DNA of 64,000 nucleotides from Desulfurococcaceae archaeon (GCA_038816475.1 JAWBAI010000003.1:32001-96000), one strand, 5' to 3'; shown: positions 1 to 10,282, counted from the first letter of the stretch. Notes: a model not told the origin generated them from the letters alone. Program-made: numbers and translations.

Positions 1-906
1 CACGCAGCAATGGTTGCAACATACTACTTCAGCGAGCTGGCTGGTTTAAGTATTACTCCAATATCCGCAGCCGAATTCCCCTACTCCGTTCTAGAGAACG
101 TAACAACAGGAACAGTAGTACTGGCCGTGAGCCAGAGCGGAGAGACAACAGATGTGATTGTAAGTATTAAACAGGCTAAACAAAGAGGAGCTGTAATTGT
201 TGGTGTAACAAACAACGTTGGATCAAGGCTAGCTCTAGAATCAAACGTGTATCTTCCCATCGGTGCGGGACCCGAGATAGCAGTACCAGCAACGAAAACG
301 TTCTCATCAACTCTCGCAGGATTATTAATACTGGCAGTGTACACCGGCGTCTACTCAGGTAAGACCGACTACAGTGGGTACAGAGATATCGTTGAGCAGA
401 TCAGATCGTGTGCTAAGCTACTACAAACTAAGATACCTGAGTTCGAAGGGAGCATAAAACCGCTCATTCCGGACATCAAGGACTCAACAAGCATATACAT
501 AGCTAGTAGTGGTATAACCCATCCAATAGTAATCGAAGGAGCACTCAAATTCAAGGAAGCAGCGTTAATACATGCGGAGGGTGTACAACTAGGTGAGCTA
601 AGGCACGGCCCACTATCGATCGTCTCAGCAAGCTTTCCTGTAATACTCATTGAACCATACGAGGAAAAAGCACATCCCTTGTACATGAAGGTACTAAAAG
701 AACTTGAGTTCAAAAACACAAAGACAATCACGATCGAATCCAAGATGAAAACCAAGTACCCCAGAATAGAAATTCCAGAAGTTCCAAGACACCTATATCC
801 ACTGGTTGCAACAGTTGTTCTGCAGTTAATGGCTTACTATCTCGGTGTAGCTAGAAACCTACCGGTTGATACACCACCAAGCTTAGCTAAGACTATTACC
901 ACTTAA
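1..906 (+). CDS. glmS: Glucosamine--fructose-6-phosphate aminotransferase, C-terminal SIS domains (5' partial)
   Basis: SQSGETTD, AVPATKTF, EGALKFKE, GELRHGP and C-terminal PPSLAKTITT (cf. PRNLAKSVTVE); the frame is open from the window edge. Confidence 0.92.
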   Translation, partial: HAAMVATYYFSELAGLSITPISAAEFPYSVLENVTTGTVVLAVSQSGETTDVIVSIKQAKQRGAVIVGVTNNVGSRLALESNVYLPIGAGPEIAVPATKTFSSTLAGLLILAVYTGVYSGKTDYSGYRDIVEQIRSCAKLLQTKIPEFEGSIKPLIPDIKDSTSIYIASSGITHPIVIEGALKFKEAALIHAEGVQLGELRHGPLSIVSASFPVILIEPYEEKAHPLYMKVLKELEFKNTKTITIESKMKTKYPRIEIPEVPRHLYPLVATVVLQLMAYYLGVARNLPVDTPPSLAKTITT

Positions 907-973
907 GCGCTCACGGGATCTCGGGAAGATACTCTAACAAAGTTATTTTAGTTAATAAAACACACTAAAGTAT

Positions 974-1030
974 CAGCGATGAAGAATCCTAGTCCAGGTT
1001 GAGCGGTGATAGAGAGCTCCGGGGCAGAGC
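974..1030 (+). ncRNA. C/D box sRNA (2'-O-methylation guide)
   Basis: Intergenic; box C GCGATGA 976-982, D' TTGA 999-1002, C' GTGATAG 1006-1012, D CAGA 1025-1028; guides of 16 and 12 nt; AT-rich promoter-like tract upstream. Confidence 0.65.
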
Positions 1031-1146
1031 ACAGTTTTCCGCGGTAATCTCGTAGAGCTTATTCCCTATATGGTGTCATAATTAATAGGAGCCACATGAT
1101 ACTACACTACTGATAAGGGGTCTTGAAGATTTCAAGAGGCGATCTA

Positions 1147-2253
1147 ATGGAAATGCGCTTAGATCCATGGGGACATATGGCTATAGAAGACTACGAGAGA
1201 CTACTCTCAGAGTTCGGAATAAAACCAGTAAGAGAGCTTCTCGGAAAGTACAAGCTTGACCACTTCTACTTTACACGTGAAATAGTGTTTGGACATAGAG
1301 ATTTAGATATCTGGTTGGAGAGCCTATACGCTGGTAAAAAAGTAGCTGTTCTAACAGGGTTTATGCCTAGTGGTGAACCTCACTTGGGGACAGCCATGGT
1401 GTATGAGGAACTCAAGTATCTTCAGTCTAAGGGAGCCTTCGTTAAAATAGTAATTGCAGATGCGGAAGCATACGTAGTTAGAAAAGAGGATAGACGTAGT
1501 GTGATAGAGCAGGGCTTAAAGTTCATAGCTCACTCACTAGCGTGGGGTATTAACCCCGAGAAAGCAGAATTCTACTATCAAACCGAGATGTCTACACCTT
1601 ATTATAGGCTTATTCAGATGTTCTCCAGAAAGGTAACTTTTGCCGAGATGGAAGCTATATACGGAGAGATTACGCCATCAAAGATCATCGCGGCTCTAAC
1701 GCAGGCAGCTGATATTTTACACCTACAATTAGATGAGTACGGTGGATATAAATACGTTCTTGTACCCGTAGGAGCAGATCAAGACCCCCATTTAAGGCTA
1801 ACAAGGGACCTTGCAGACAGATTTGAAAACGAACTAGAGCTCAAAAGACCATCATCCATGTACCACAAGCTGATTAGGGGTCTTGACGGAAACAAGATGA
1901 GCAAGAGCAGACCAGAGTACGCCATACATCTCAGCGACCCCGTTGACTTAGCCGAGAAGAAACTCATGAACGCGCTAACAGGTGGGCGTGCAACAGCGGA
2001 AGAACAAAGAAGGCTAGGCGGAGAACCTTGGAAGTGCATGGTCTTTGAACTCTACATGTATCACTTGGTCCGTGACGATAAGCTACTGAGCGAAATACGT
2101 GAAGAGTGCATCAGTGGTAGAATACTCTGTGGGCAATGCAAGAGAAGAGCGGCTGAAATGCTTAGGGAACTTCTGGTGCAACATCAGAAGGCGCTCAGCG
2201 AGCAAAACGCTGAAGGTTTAGTGAAAAAAGTAGTTAAAGTACCGAAATTCTAG
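1147..2253 (+). CDS. trpS: Tryptophanyl-tRNA synthetase
   Basis: DPWG, GFMPSG-HLGT (HIGH-like), GADQDPH, KMSKS, TGGRAT; ATG 1147 preferred over TTG 1123. Confidence 0.95.
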   Translation: MEMRLDPWGHMAIEDYERLLSEFGIKPVRELLGKYKLDHFYFTREIVFGHRDLDIWLESLYAGKKVAVLTGFMPSGEPHLGTAMVYEELKYLQSKGAFVKIVIADAEAYVVRKEDRRSVIEQGLKFIAHSLAWGINPEKAEFYYQTEMSTPYYRLIQMFSRKVTFAEMEAIYGEITPSKIIAALTQAADILHLQLDEYGGYKYVLVPVGADQDPHLRLTRDLADRFENELELKRPSSMYHKLIRGLDGNKMSKSRPEYAIHLSDPVDLAEKKLMNALTGGRATAEEQRRLGGEPWKCMVFELYMYHLVRDDKLLSEIREECISGRILCGQCKRRAAEMLRELLVQHQKALSEQNAEGLVKKVVKVPKF

Positions 2254-2933
2254 AATTCAATGCTAATACCTATTTCTCTTAGGATCTCCGTAGCTGTAGA
2301 TGCGGGATCTGGCGAGGACGTTATCGCGGAACCTACGATGACGATATCTATTCCTTTCTCGATTAAAGGTCTTATTCGTCCTGGTTTAAGCCCGCCGGCA
2401 ACTGCTACTCTAACACCAAGTTCGCTTTTAACCTTGGCAGCTTCTTCTACGAGAACCTCGGCTGAAACCCCTCTAGCTTTCTGTACGCTTATTCCTACGT
2501 GAAATAGTATTACGTCTGGTTCTAATCTAGCTATCTCTAAGGCCCTACTATACGGTTCTCTGCACTCTATTAGATCAACTATTATTTTCTTGCCGTGTTC
2601 TCTAGCTGCCGAGACAGCTTCTTTAATGGTTTCAATGTCGGAGATCCCTAGAACAGTGAAGGCATCGGCTCCAGCGCTGTAAACAATTTTAGCTTCAATA
2701 TTGGGGACATCGATAGACTTCGTATCAGCAACCACAAAGCACTTTGTTAGATTCTTAAGGGCTTTAATTGCGATTTTACCCCATGCTTTTAGAAGTGGTG
2801 TACCAACTTCGATCCACAGATTCCTACACGTTGTTCTCGTAACAATGCTTGTAGCTATGTCAACAGCTTTAACTAGCTCTTCAACATCCAGTGCAACTTG
2901 AAGTACAGGGAACGAGTAGCTTATATCGTTCAA
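2250..2933 (-). CDS. hps: 3-hexulose-6-phosphate synthase (OMPDC/HPS family)
   Basis: LQVALD, IEVGTPL, VADTK, AVAGG, IVIVGSAIT. Confidence 0.8.
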   Translation of the reverse strand: MNDISYSFPVLQVALDVEELVKAVDIATSIVTRTTCRNLWIEVGTPLLKAWGKIAIKALKNLTKCFVVADTKSIDVPNIEAKIVYSAGADAFTVLGISDIETIKEAVSAAREHGKKIIVDLIECREPYSRALEIARLEPDVILFHVGISVQKARGVSAEVLVEEAAKVKSELGVRVAVAGGLKPGRIRPLIEKGIDIVIVGSAITSSPDPASTATEILREIGISIEF

Positions 2934-2995
2934 ACTCTACGCACCTTGATTATTTGTACTCACAGTTGTAAAATAGCTTTACGGGATTTCAGGCT

Positions 2996-3739
2996 ATGAG
3001 TAGTAGTACTAGTCAAGCAAAGTACGTAAAGTCCTTGATAAGGGAAAGGATATGGAGGTTAATGGAAGAACCGAATATAGCGGATTTTCCTAGACCGGTT
3101 TTTGGTAGAATCCCCAATTTTAAAGGTGCTCGAGAGGCTGCAAACAAGCTTACAACACTTAATATTTGGTCAACAGCTAGTGTTGTAAAGTCTAATCCTG
3201 ATTCACCACAATACCCTCTGAGATTGAAGGCGCTTGAAGAAGGAAAAATTCTTGTGATGGCAACACCCAAGCTGAGATCAGGCTTCATATTAATAGATCC
3301 ACGTAAGATACCAGCTAGTAAGTACCAGTACGCAGCTACGATCAGAGGAGCCTTTGTTTATGGTAGAAGGGTTGGTCTGTCTGAGATTCCACCAGTGGAC
3401 ATCGTGGTAACGGGTTGTGTAGCTGTAAATCATCGTGGATGCAGAGTAGGAAAAGGTGGTGGATATAGCGAACTCGAGTATGGAATACTTCGTGAGCTGG
3501 GCTTAATAACAGAGCAGACACCAGTAGTTACAACCGTACACGAGGTGCAGGTAATAAGCGATGAAATACCATTAGAAGTTCACGACTTAACAGTTGACTA
3601 CTACGCTACTCCAAGCAGGGTAGTTGAAGTTAAACCTAGAGGATACAAACCCAGAGGAATATTCTGGAATCTCCTAAAGCCTGAGCTTAGGAAACTTGAT
3701 GTTATAAGAGAACTAGCTCGTTTAAAAAACATACAGTAG
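2996..3739 (+). CDS. 5-formyltetrahydrofolate cyclo-ligase family protein (MTHFSD-like)
   Basis: [41 protein letters not shown]. Confidence 0.88.
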   Translation: MSSSTSQAKYVKSLIRERIWRLMEEPNIADFPRPVFGRIPNFKGAREAANKLTTLNIWSTASVVKSNPDSPQYPLRLKALEEGKILVMATPKLRSGFILIDPRKIPASKYQYAATIRGAFVYGRRVGLSEIPPVDIVVTGCVAVNHRGCRVGKGGGYSELEYGILRELGLITEQTPVVTTVHEVQVISDEIPLEVHDLTVDYYATPSRVVEVKPRGYKPRGIFWNLLKPELRKLDVIRELARLKNIQ

Positions 3740-3785
3740 CAACCCTCTGCGAGGTATTTAATACAATCCTGTTTAATCTAGAAGA

Positions 3786-4901
3786 ATGGTGTACACTGTG
3801 GTAGAGTTGAAGAACATTGATAACCTAATAAACATGGTAATAGAGAACGTAAACTCGTATTTAAAGAATTACTTTAAACACCTTCACGAAGAAGCCAGTG
3901 CGGAATCCGTGTACGTGGATGACTTGGTTAGCATTGTTGAAGACTACACATTAAGAGGGGGAAAGAGACTAAGAGCTGTTCTAGCACTGATAGGTTATCT
4001 AAGCAGAAAGCGGGAAATAAGCGATTTAGGGAACATAACCAAGGTCATGTCTGCAATAGAACTGCTTCAAAGTTACCTGCTCGTTCACGACGACATTATG
4101 GATAGAGATGAGCTTAGAAGAGGCGGTCCCACAGTTCATGCTTGGTTTAGAAGAAAATGTGAAGAGATGTACTGGAAAGACTGCGTTCACTACGGTATTT
4201 CTCAGGCTATAACATCGGGTGATTATCTTGAAGCAAACGCGGTTGCACTGCTCGCATCATTAAACGTAAGTGCAAGGACGCTCGCAGACCTTATAACAAC
4301 CTACAGCAGAGGGCTTAGAAAAGTTGCTTATGGTCAATACCTCGATGTTCTCCTATCACAAACATCTATCAGAGATGTTAAAGAAAGCGATGTTTTGCTT
4401 GTTTACAAGCTCAAAACATCCTCGTACACCGTTGAACTACCACTACACCTAGGCATTATCTCCTCGGAGAACTACAATGAGAATGCTCTTAGGGAGGCAA
4501 CGAACTATGCTATACCAGCGGGTTTAGCGTTCCAAATAAGGGACGACATAATAGGACTATATGGAGACCCGATGGTAACCGGGAAACCCGTAGGTAGTGA
4601 TGTAAGAGGGAAAAAGAAAACCCTACTTGTTGTTAAAGCATACGAGCTTGCTGACGAGAATGATAGAGGTTTTCTTAAACAGCTATACGATGAGCTGAGC
4701 GAAGCAGATATTACGTTAGATCACGTTGAAAGGGTAAGGAACATAGTCAGAAAAACCGGTAGCCTGGAGTACTGTGAAAGATTGCTAAGTAGTCTTGTAA
4801 AGAAAGCGCTGGAGTCTCTAGACGAAGCTCGAGAAATAAATGAAGACGCGAAGAAGCTACTAAAGGAGTTAACATTGAAACTAGCATACAGGGAGAAGTA
4901 G
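3786..4901 (+). CDS. idsA: Geranylgeranyl diphosphate synthase (polyprenyl synthetase)
   Basis: GGKRLR, first Asp-rich motif LVHDDIMDRDELRRG, GQYLD, KT, second motif FQIRDD, GKPVGSD. Confidence 0.92.
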   Translation: MVYTVVELKNIDNLINMVIENVNSYLKNYFKHLHEEASAESVYVDDLVSIVEDYTLRGGKRLRAVLALIGYLSRKREISDLGNITKVMSAIELLQSYLLVHDDIMDRDELRRGGPTVHAWFRRKCEEMYWKDCVHYGISQAITSGDYLEANAVALLASLNVSARTLADLITTYSRGLRKVAYGQYLDVLLSQTSIRDVKESDVLLVYKLKTSSYTVELPLHLGIISSENYNENALREATNYAIPAGLAFQIRDDIIGLYGDPMVTGKPVGSDVRGKKKTLLVVKAYELADENDRGFLKQLYDELSEADITLDHVERVRNIVRKTGSLEYCERLLSSLVKKALESLDEAREINEDAKKLLKELTLKLAYREK

Positions 4902-4908
4902 TAACCAG

Positions 4909-5175
4909 ATGCTGTACGTGGTTTCTGCCGTGGGGAGAAGAAGAGGGGATATTGAGAATTGGTTGAAGAGAGTGTTCTTCGGAGGAAGAAAACAAGATTA
5001 CATCGTTCTTGTAAAGTTCAGAGTAAACGGTGAAGAGACACTACGTTCTATACCAGGAGAAATCATCACAGATGTGAGGGGCGGTTATATACGTGTAGGA
5101 GATGAGCTCATTCCTTTTCACAGAGTGGTAGAGATTAGAACTAAAAAAGGAGATGTGGTCTACAAAAGATATTAA
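4909..5175 (+). CDS. DUF504/MJ1316-like small protein
   Basis: IPFHRVVEIR motif near the C-terminus. Confidence 0.75.
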   Translation: MLYVVSAVGRRRGDIENWLKRVFFGGRKQDYIVLVKFRVNGEETLRSIPGEIITDVRGGYIRVGDELIPFHRVVEIRTKKGDVVYKRY

Positions 5176-5198
5176 GAGGCTTTTCTGGGGCAACTCGG

Positions 5199-6479
5199 CT
5201 AAATCCAACCTCTAATTTTCATTGCTTTTACTACTCTGTCGACTGCGATCGCGTACGCGGCTATTCTCATTGGGTACTCTGAGTACTTCTTCTGCCACTC
5301 ATCGAACACTCTGTGGAAGTTCTGTGTCATCATCTTATCTAGTCTACTGAGAGCCTCTTCTTCTGTTAAGAAGCACCCCATTCTATTGTGGCTCCACTCG
5401 ATCCAGCTCATTGTAACACCACCAGCGTTTGCCAGAATGTCAGGTATCACTACTGTGCCTTTCTCGTGTAGAACCCTGTCAGCCTCAGGGGTTGTTGGTC
5501 CGTTGGCTCCCTCAGAAATGATCTTTGCTTTCACTCTGTTAACATTTTCGCTTGTTATAACATTCTCAATGGCAGCTGGTACTAGTATATCTACCGGTAG
5601 TTCCAGTAGCTCCATATGGTTTTCTGATACCTTTACATCGCCTTTCTTGTAATTCACCACGCTACCCGTCTCCGTTTTTACTCTTATAACCTCCTCAACG
5701 TCGAGTCCTCTGGGGTCATATATGTAGCCTTTGCTATCGCTAACAGCTACAACGGTTGCACCCCACTCTGCGAGGTACTTAGCCGCGTACATACCTACGT
5801 TTCCAAAGCCGTGTACAGCTACCGTTTTACCCTCAAGTCCTCCGAGAACTTTCTTAGCGGCTTCGCGAGCTACGAGTGCAACACCATATCCTGTTGATAC
5901 TACTCTTGCTTGAAGCCCTCCCAGCTCAACAGGTTTAGCTGTTACTACACCCCATGCAGGGTAGCCTACGATTCTACTGTACTCATCATAGTACCATGCC
6001 ATCACCTGCGGGTTGGTGTAGACGTCTGGCGCAGGGATGTCTATGTCAGGACCCACTTCTCTCGCTATCGCCGCAAAGTATTTTCTACTAAGTTCCTCGA
6101 GTTCTCTCTGAGAGAGCTCCTTCGGGTTAACTCTCACAGCACCCTTGCCACCACCGTAAGGTAATCCTGCTAGTGCGTTCTTCCAGGTCATCCACATTGA
6201 TAATGCTACGGTTTCACCAGCAGTAGCGTTAGGACTATACCTTATACCACCCTTGTATGGTCCTAGTGCACTATTGTGCTGACTTCTCCAGCCAATGAAA
6301 GTCGCTATTCTACCATTATCTCTCTTTATTGTGATCTTGACTTGCACCAGTTTCTCGGGATGTCTCAATGCTTCTACGATTTCATCTGAAAGTCCAAGAA
6401 TGTTAGCAACGTCCTTCAGTTGCTTAACGGCCATCAGGTACACAGGGTCGTTTTCGTAGAGTGTTGCGTACTCGGACAT
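5199..6479 (-). CDS. gdhA: Glutamate dehydrogenase
   Basis: GPYKGGIRY, GGGKG, DIPAPD, GFGNVG, EGANGP, NAGGV. Confidence 0.95.
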   Translation of the reverse strand: MSEYATLYENDPVYLMAVKQLKDVANILGLSDEIVEALRHPEKLVQVKITIKRDNGRIATFIGWRSQHNSALGPYKGGIRYSPNATAGETVALSMWMTWKNALAGLPYGGGKGAVRVNPKELSQRELEELSRKYFAAIAREVGPDIDIPAPDVYTNPQVMAWYYDEYSRIVGYPAWGVVTAKPVELGGLQARVVSTGYGVALVAREAAKKVLGGLEGKTVAVHGFGNVGMYAAKYLAEWGATVVAVSDSKGYIYDPRGLDVEEVIRVKTETGSVVNYKKGDVKVSENHMELLELPVDILVPAAIENVITSENVNRVKAKIISEGANGPTTPEADRVLHEKGTVVIPDILANAGGVTMSWIEWSHNRMGCFLTEEEALSRLDKMMTQNFHRVFDEWQKKYSEYPMRIAAYAIAVDRVVKAMKIRGWI

Positions 6480-6582
6480 GAACTAACCCCAGGTATTAGT
6501 AAATACAGGAAAAGCTTTTAAGTACCTATATACAGTATATATGCGTATGTTTAATGCATGCTTGTGGAATGGTCAACGAGCA

Positions 6583-6642
6583 GGATTATCAGCCCTCACA
6601 CGGTTCTTCACGAAACCTCAAGACCGAAGTCGTTCATCATCC
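6583..6642 (-). ncRNA. C/D box sRNA (2'-O-methylation guide)
   Basis: Minus strand reads GG-ATGATGA(C)-ACGACTTCGGTC-TTGA(D')-GGTTTC-GTGAAGA(C')-ACCGTGTGAGGG-CTGA(D)-TAATCC; two 12-nt guides; intergenic. Confidence 0.88.
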
Positions 6643-6698
6643 ATCTTATCTTAAAGATTATTTACCTAGTTAAATCTTAACGTGACCTGGAATTAGGG

Positions 6699-7253
6699 GT
6701 GAAGCGATTGAAGCTGGCAGTAGTTGTTGTTGACATGTTAAAGGAGTTTGTGTACGGACGCTTGAGGAGTCCCGAAGCTGAGAGCATTGTTCCAGCTATA
6801 AAGTCCATAATTAGTAAGGCTCGCGAGAAGAAGATTCCAATAGTATACTTAGCCGACAGGCACTTCTCTTTTGATCGCGAGATCTCGATATGGGGGCTTC
6901 ACGCATTACCCGAAAGTGAAGAATCCGAGATAATAGAGGAGCTTAAGCCGGAGAAAACGGACATAATCCTCTACAAGAGGTCCTATAGTGGATTCAGAGA
7001 TACAGGTTTAAGCTATGTTCTCCGCGATCTAGGTGTAGATACGCTCATACTAACCGGTATTCACACTCACATATGTGTTTTGCACACCGCAATAGATGCT
7101 TTCTACGAGAGATTCAACATGATCGTAGTAAGCGATGCTGTTGCAGCATTCAGTAGAGAAGATCACAACTACGCGTTGAAATACATGGAAAAAGTACTAG
7201 GCGCAAAGCTCTTGTCGACTCGGGAAGTTCTAGAACTACTGGATCAGCTATAA
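6699..7253 (+). CDS. Isochorismatase/nicotinamidase-family cysteine hydrolase
   Basis: VVDM, K-RSYSGF, GIHTHICVLHTA (Asp-Lys-Cys triad). Confidence 0.88.
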   Translation: MKRLKLAVVVVDMLKEFVYGRLRSPEAESIVPAIKSIISKAREKKIPIVYLADRHFSFDREISIWGLHALPESEESEIIEELKPEKTDIILYKRSYSGFRDTGLSYVLRDLGVDTLILTGIHTHICVLHTAIDAFYERFNMIVVSDAVAAFSREDHNYALKYMEKVLGAKLLSTREVLELLDQL

Positions 7254-7254
7254 T

Positions 7255-8031
7255 TTAAGCTTGGCATTTTCTGCTCCAGTATCTCACGAACTCCTCTTCT
7301 ACAGGGTCTAATCGTGCTAGTACAACAATGCTATGCGGAGGTGGAGGATACTCATACTTAGCCAGCTCTCTCAAAGAAGCAGCGCAAACTTTCTCATCAA
7401 GCCATCCAAGTCTTGCAATACCAAGTGATACTCTATCATGTAGTTGATTTTTGTGGTCGAGCTCAAGTAGAATTTCAACGGCTTCAGGTATGCTCATGGC
7501 CCTCGATTCTTCGACTTTCAAATCAAGTAAAACAATAGTGTGTAGATTACGGGACAGGTTATCATATATAACCTCAACAGTACTGTGTGGTTTGAAGTGT
7601 TCTGGATACACAAGTGTTACGTGTTTTCCGAAGCGATAAGACTGAAGACCAAGTCTACTGTAAGCCATTGTTACAAAGGATATACCGTTGATCACCTTGA
7701 CTTCGATGCCACGTTTAAGAGCCTCAATGTAGATCGCGTCATGCGTTGTCGCAATGAAGGGATCACCTGGTACAGCTATTGCAACGTTCTTGAACCTGGC
7801 CTCCTCCAGTATTCTCTCAACAGCCGAACCTTCGAGGTCATGTCTTTTTGCATACACTAAAGTAGCCCTGGGATTAATTTCTCTAAGCTTGGCAAAGGGA
7901 TCTTCATAAATTGACGTGTATGTATCAACGTATATAACATCAACGCTCTTCAAAGCTTCTACAGCTTCACTCGTTAAATGCCTGAGAGCATACCCAAGGC
8001 CTACAAAGAACAACATCGTGATGCAACCCAA
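7255..8031 (-). CDS. dph5: Diphthine synthase
   Basis: FVGLG, YVDTYTS, GDPFIATTH, GLQSYRFG, LHTIVLLD, PPHSIV. Confidence 0.93.
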   Translation of the reverse strand: MGCITMLFFVGLGYALRHLTSEAVEALKSVDVIYVDTYTSIYEDPFAKLREINPRATLVYAKRHDLEGSAVERILEEARFKNVAIAVPGDPFIATTHDAIYIEALKRGIEVKVINGISFVTMAYSRLGLQSYRFGKHVTLVYPEHFKPHSTVEVIYDNLSRNLHTIVLLDLKVEESRAMSIPEAVEILLELDHKNQLHDRVSLGIARLGWLDEKVCAASLRELAKYEYPPPPHSIVVLARLDPVEEEFVRYWSRKCQA

Positions 8032-8034
8032 GGT

Positions 8035-9393
8035 CTAGAAGTACCTAATTAGCTTAATTACGATGTACAGCAATAGCATAACGTGCACTATACATAAGAC
8101 TGCAACGAGGTAATGACTTACATCAGCCAAGATCGTAAAGAATTCTCTTACCGGTAGTATTGGCCTAAGGTATAGTGCTAAATTCACTATACTATACGGA
8201 CCACCCGAGTCTACAATGAACTTATCGGCTGGAATCCAGTTTTGATCTTCCGCGATGTAAATAGGGTAACCAACTACCATTGATGGGAAAGTTAAAGATA
8301 TTGATGTTAGGATTACTATGATGTTTGAAAAAATATAAACGCTAGCTATTTTCTTTAGAATTACTCGATTCTCGTTGTTCTCATTCTCGTTAGAGAATAC
8401 AATAGCTATTATTGAAGGAGCCATCCACAATATGTAAGGAACATTGTTTACTTTAGTAAAGATCAGAAATCCAGCTACAACGATATTCATATACTTTAGA
8501 AACTTAATGTAAGTAAAGTTCTTCTCTACAAACATTCTATAAGTAACCCAAGCTAGAAAAGCAGCGTACGTGAAAACCCATAGATCATAAACCCACAGAG
8601 GAATAACATCGGGATTAAAACCAGAAAGATAATACGGTACAGCCCATATGCTGAACTGAGGTAACCTCTTTGCGTGGAAGAAGAATGTTTTAGCTATGAA
8701 AGACCACGGATCTACCATGAGGAAGGGTATTACGAATACAGCTAGCGTAATTCCTGAAACACACAAGTACTTCGCTATTCCACGAATGTTTTTCTTCTTC
8801 ACTAGTTCTACGAAAGGAACTAGGAGAAGAACAACTAGAACCTGCTTGATCAGTGTAGCTAAGGATATCCACAAGGCGTAGACTTCGTAATTTTTCTTTT
8901 CTAGAGATAGAATAGCTAGTAGAATGAATAGCACAATTATTAAGTCGAACTGATAGCCCATTATAACGGAGTAGGACACGAATGTGATTAACCATAAATA
9001 GCCAGCAGGCTTACCGTATCTCTTAACCAAAAGAAAGTACACTAAGTTAAACGATACAAGAAGCGGGATCTTATCAATTAATCGCCATACGAATATATCG
9101 TTTGATAGTGTTACAGCTAAGGTGTGAAATAGCGTGAATATAATAACAGCCAGTGGAAAATACGCTACTTTCTCTTCCGGGGGTCCCGTATACACTTCCA
9201 GTAGTCGTCCTTGCGAAAAGTACTTGTCATACCACATAATAAAGTACCTAACGTCATAGGGGTTCCAATGTGATACAGATAAGTATAGTGAAACAGCATT
9301 CGCTAGTATAATAGGCCAATTACGTCTGAGTACATCGATAATCTTACCAGCTAGTTTAACAATAGCTACTACCTTGACGTAGATGATCAACAC
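8035..9393 (-). CDS. Multi-pass membrane GT-C superfamily glycosyltransferase (GT87/PIG-M-like)
   Basis: About 11 hydrophobic segments; PYDV, YFPL, QFD, ATLIKQ, YILW motifs. Confidence 0.65.
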   Translation of the reverse strand: MLIIYVKVVAIVKLAGKIIDVLRRNWPIILANAVSLYLSVSHWNPYDVRYFIMWYDKYFSQGRLLEVYTGPPEEKVAYFPLAVIIFTLFHTLAVTLSNDIFVWRLIDKIPLLVSFNLVYFLLVKRYGKPAGYLWLITFVSYSVIMGYQFDLIIVLFILLAILSLEKKNYEVYALWISLATLIKQVLVVLLLVPFVELVKKKNIRGIAKYLCVSGITLAVFVIPFLMVDPWSFIAKTFFFHAKRLPQFSIWAVPYYLSGFNPDVIPLWVYDLWVFTYAAFLAWVTYRMFVEKNFTYIKFLKYMNIVVAGFLIFTKVNNVPYILWMAPSIIAIVFSNENENNENRVILKKIASVYIFSNIIVILTSISLTFPSMVVGYPIYIAEDQNWIPADKFIVDSGGPYSIVNLALYLRPILPVREFFTILADVSHYLVAVLCIVHVMLLLYIVIKLIRYF

Positions 9394-9478
9394 CCTTGTT
9401 GAAAATGTTTCACTTGTTTGGTCTAAACCTTGATCGAGACACCGAACTTATGTATCAATATAAACGAGAAAATAAATC

Positions 9479-10282
9479 TTGAGTACGGCAGGAGAGAGCT
9501 TGAGACCTGTTTACGTTAAGCTAGGAGGTAGTCTGGTTACCGTCAAAGGTAAGCCGGTGTCTATAAACTACAAAGCACTAGAATCTATAGCATATATACT
9601 TAGGAAAGCTAGCGATTCCGGTGTAAGGTTAATTGTGGGGAATGGTGGTGGAAGCTTCGCACATTACGTTGTTCTCAAACATGGAAGCATCAGTTACAGG
9701 GATCTCACCGTGCTCTGTCAAAGGTCCACTAGGATTTTAAATCACATTATAGTGGATTTCCTACTAGAAAACGGTATAAAAGCTACAAGTGTTCAAACAA
9801 GCGCCATTGTATACTACGATAATTCAACGCGGAGTCTAAGAGTGTGTGCGGAACCCGTTAAACAGTTCTTGGCAAACGATATAGTACCAGTAGTATACGG
9901 TGAGTGCATTATAGGAGCAGGCAATGTCATAGTTGTTTCAACTGAGCGGATCTTCGAGCTACTAGCAAGGGAGATTTCACCGCGTCGAATAGTTCTATTA
10001 ACGGATGTCAACGGCGTATATACGTGTGACCCGAAGAAGTGCAAGGATGCTTCCTTAATAAAGAGAATAACCCGAGACACCTTCGAGGAGGTTTTACTTC
10101 TTTTAAAACAAGGTGCTATGGATGATGCTACGGGAAGCATGTTTGGGAAGGTTCAAGTAGCCGGTAAATTGGCATTCGAGCTGGGGGTAGAAGTTGTGAT
10201 AACATCCGGTTTAAACACAAAATCAGCCTTGGAAGCGATCACAGGAGGTTATCCAGAGGAAGCAACATTAATAGCTCCCTGA
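9479..10282 (+). CDS. ipk: Isopentenyl phosphate kinase
   Basis: VKLGGSLVT.K, GNGGGSFAH (IPK His), VPVVYGE, TDVNGVY, DATGSMFGK. Confidence 0.88.
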   Translation: MSTAGESLRPVYVKLGGSLVTVKGKPVSINYKALESIAYILRKASDSGVRLIVGNGGGSFAHYVVLKHGSISYRDLTVLCQRSTRILNHIIVDFLLENGIKATSVQTSAIVYYDNSTRSLRVCAEPVKQFLANDIVPVVYGECIIGAGNVIVVSTERIFELLAREISPRRIVLLTDVNGVYTCDPKKCKDASLIKRITRDTFEEVLLLLKQGAMDDATGSMFGKVQVAGKLAFELGVEVVITSGLNTKSALEAITGGYPEEATLIAP

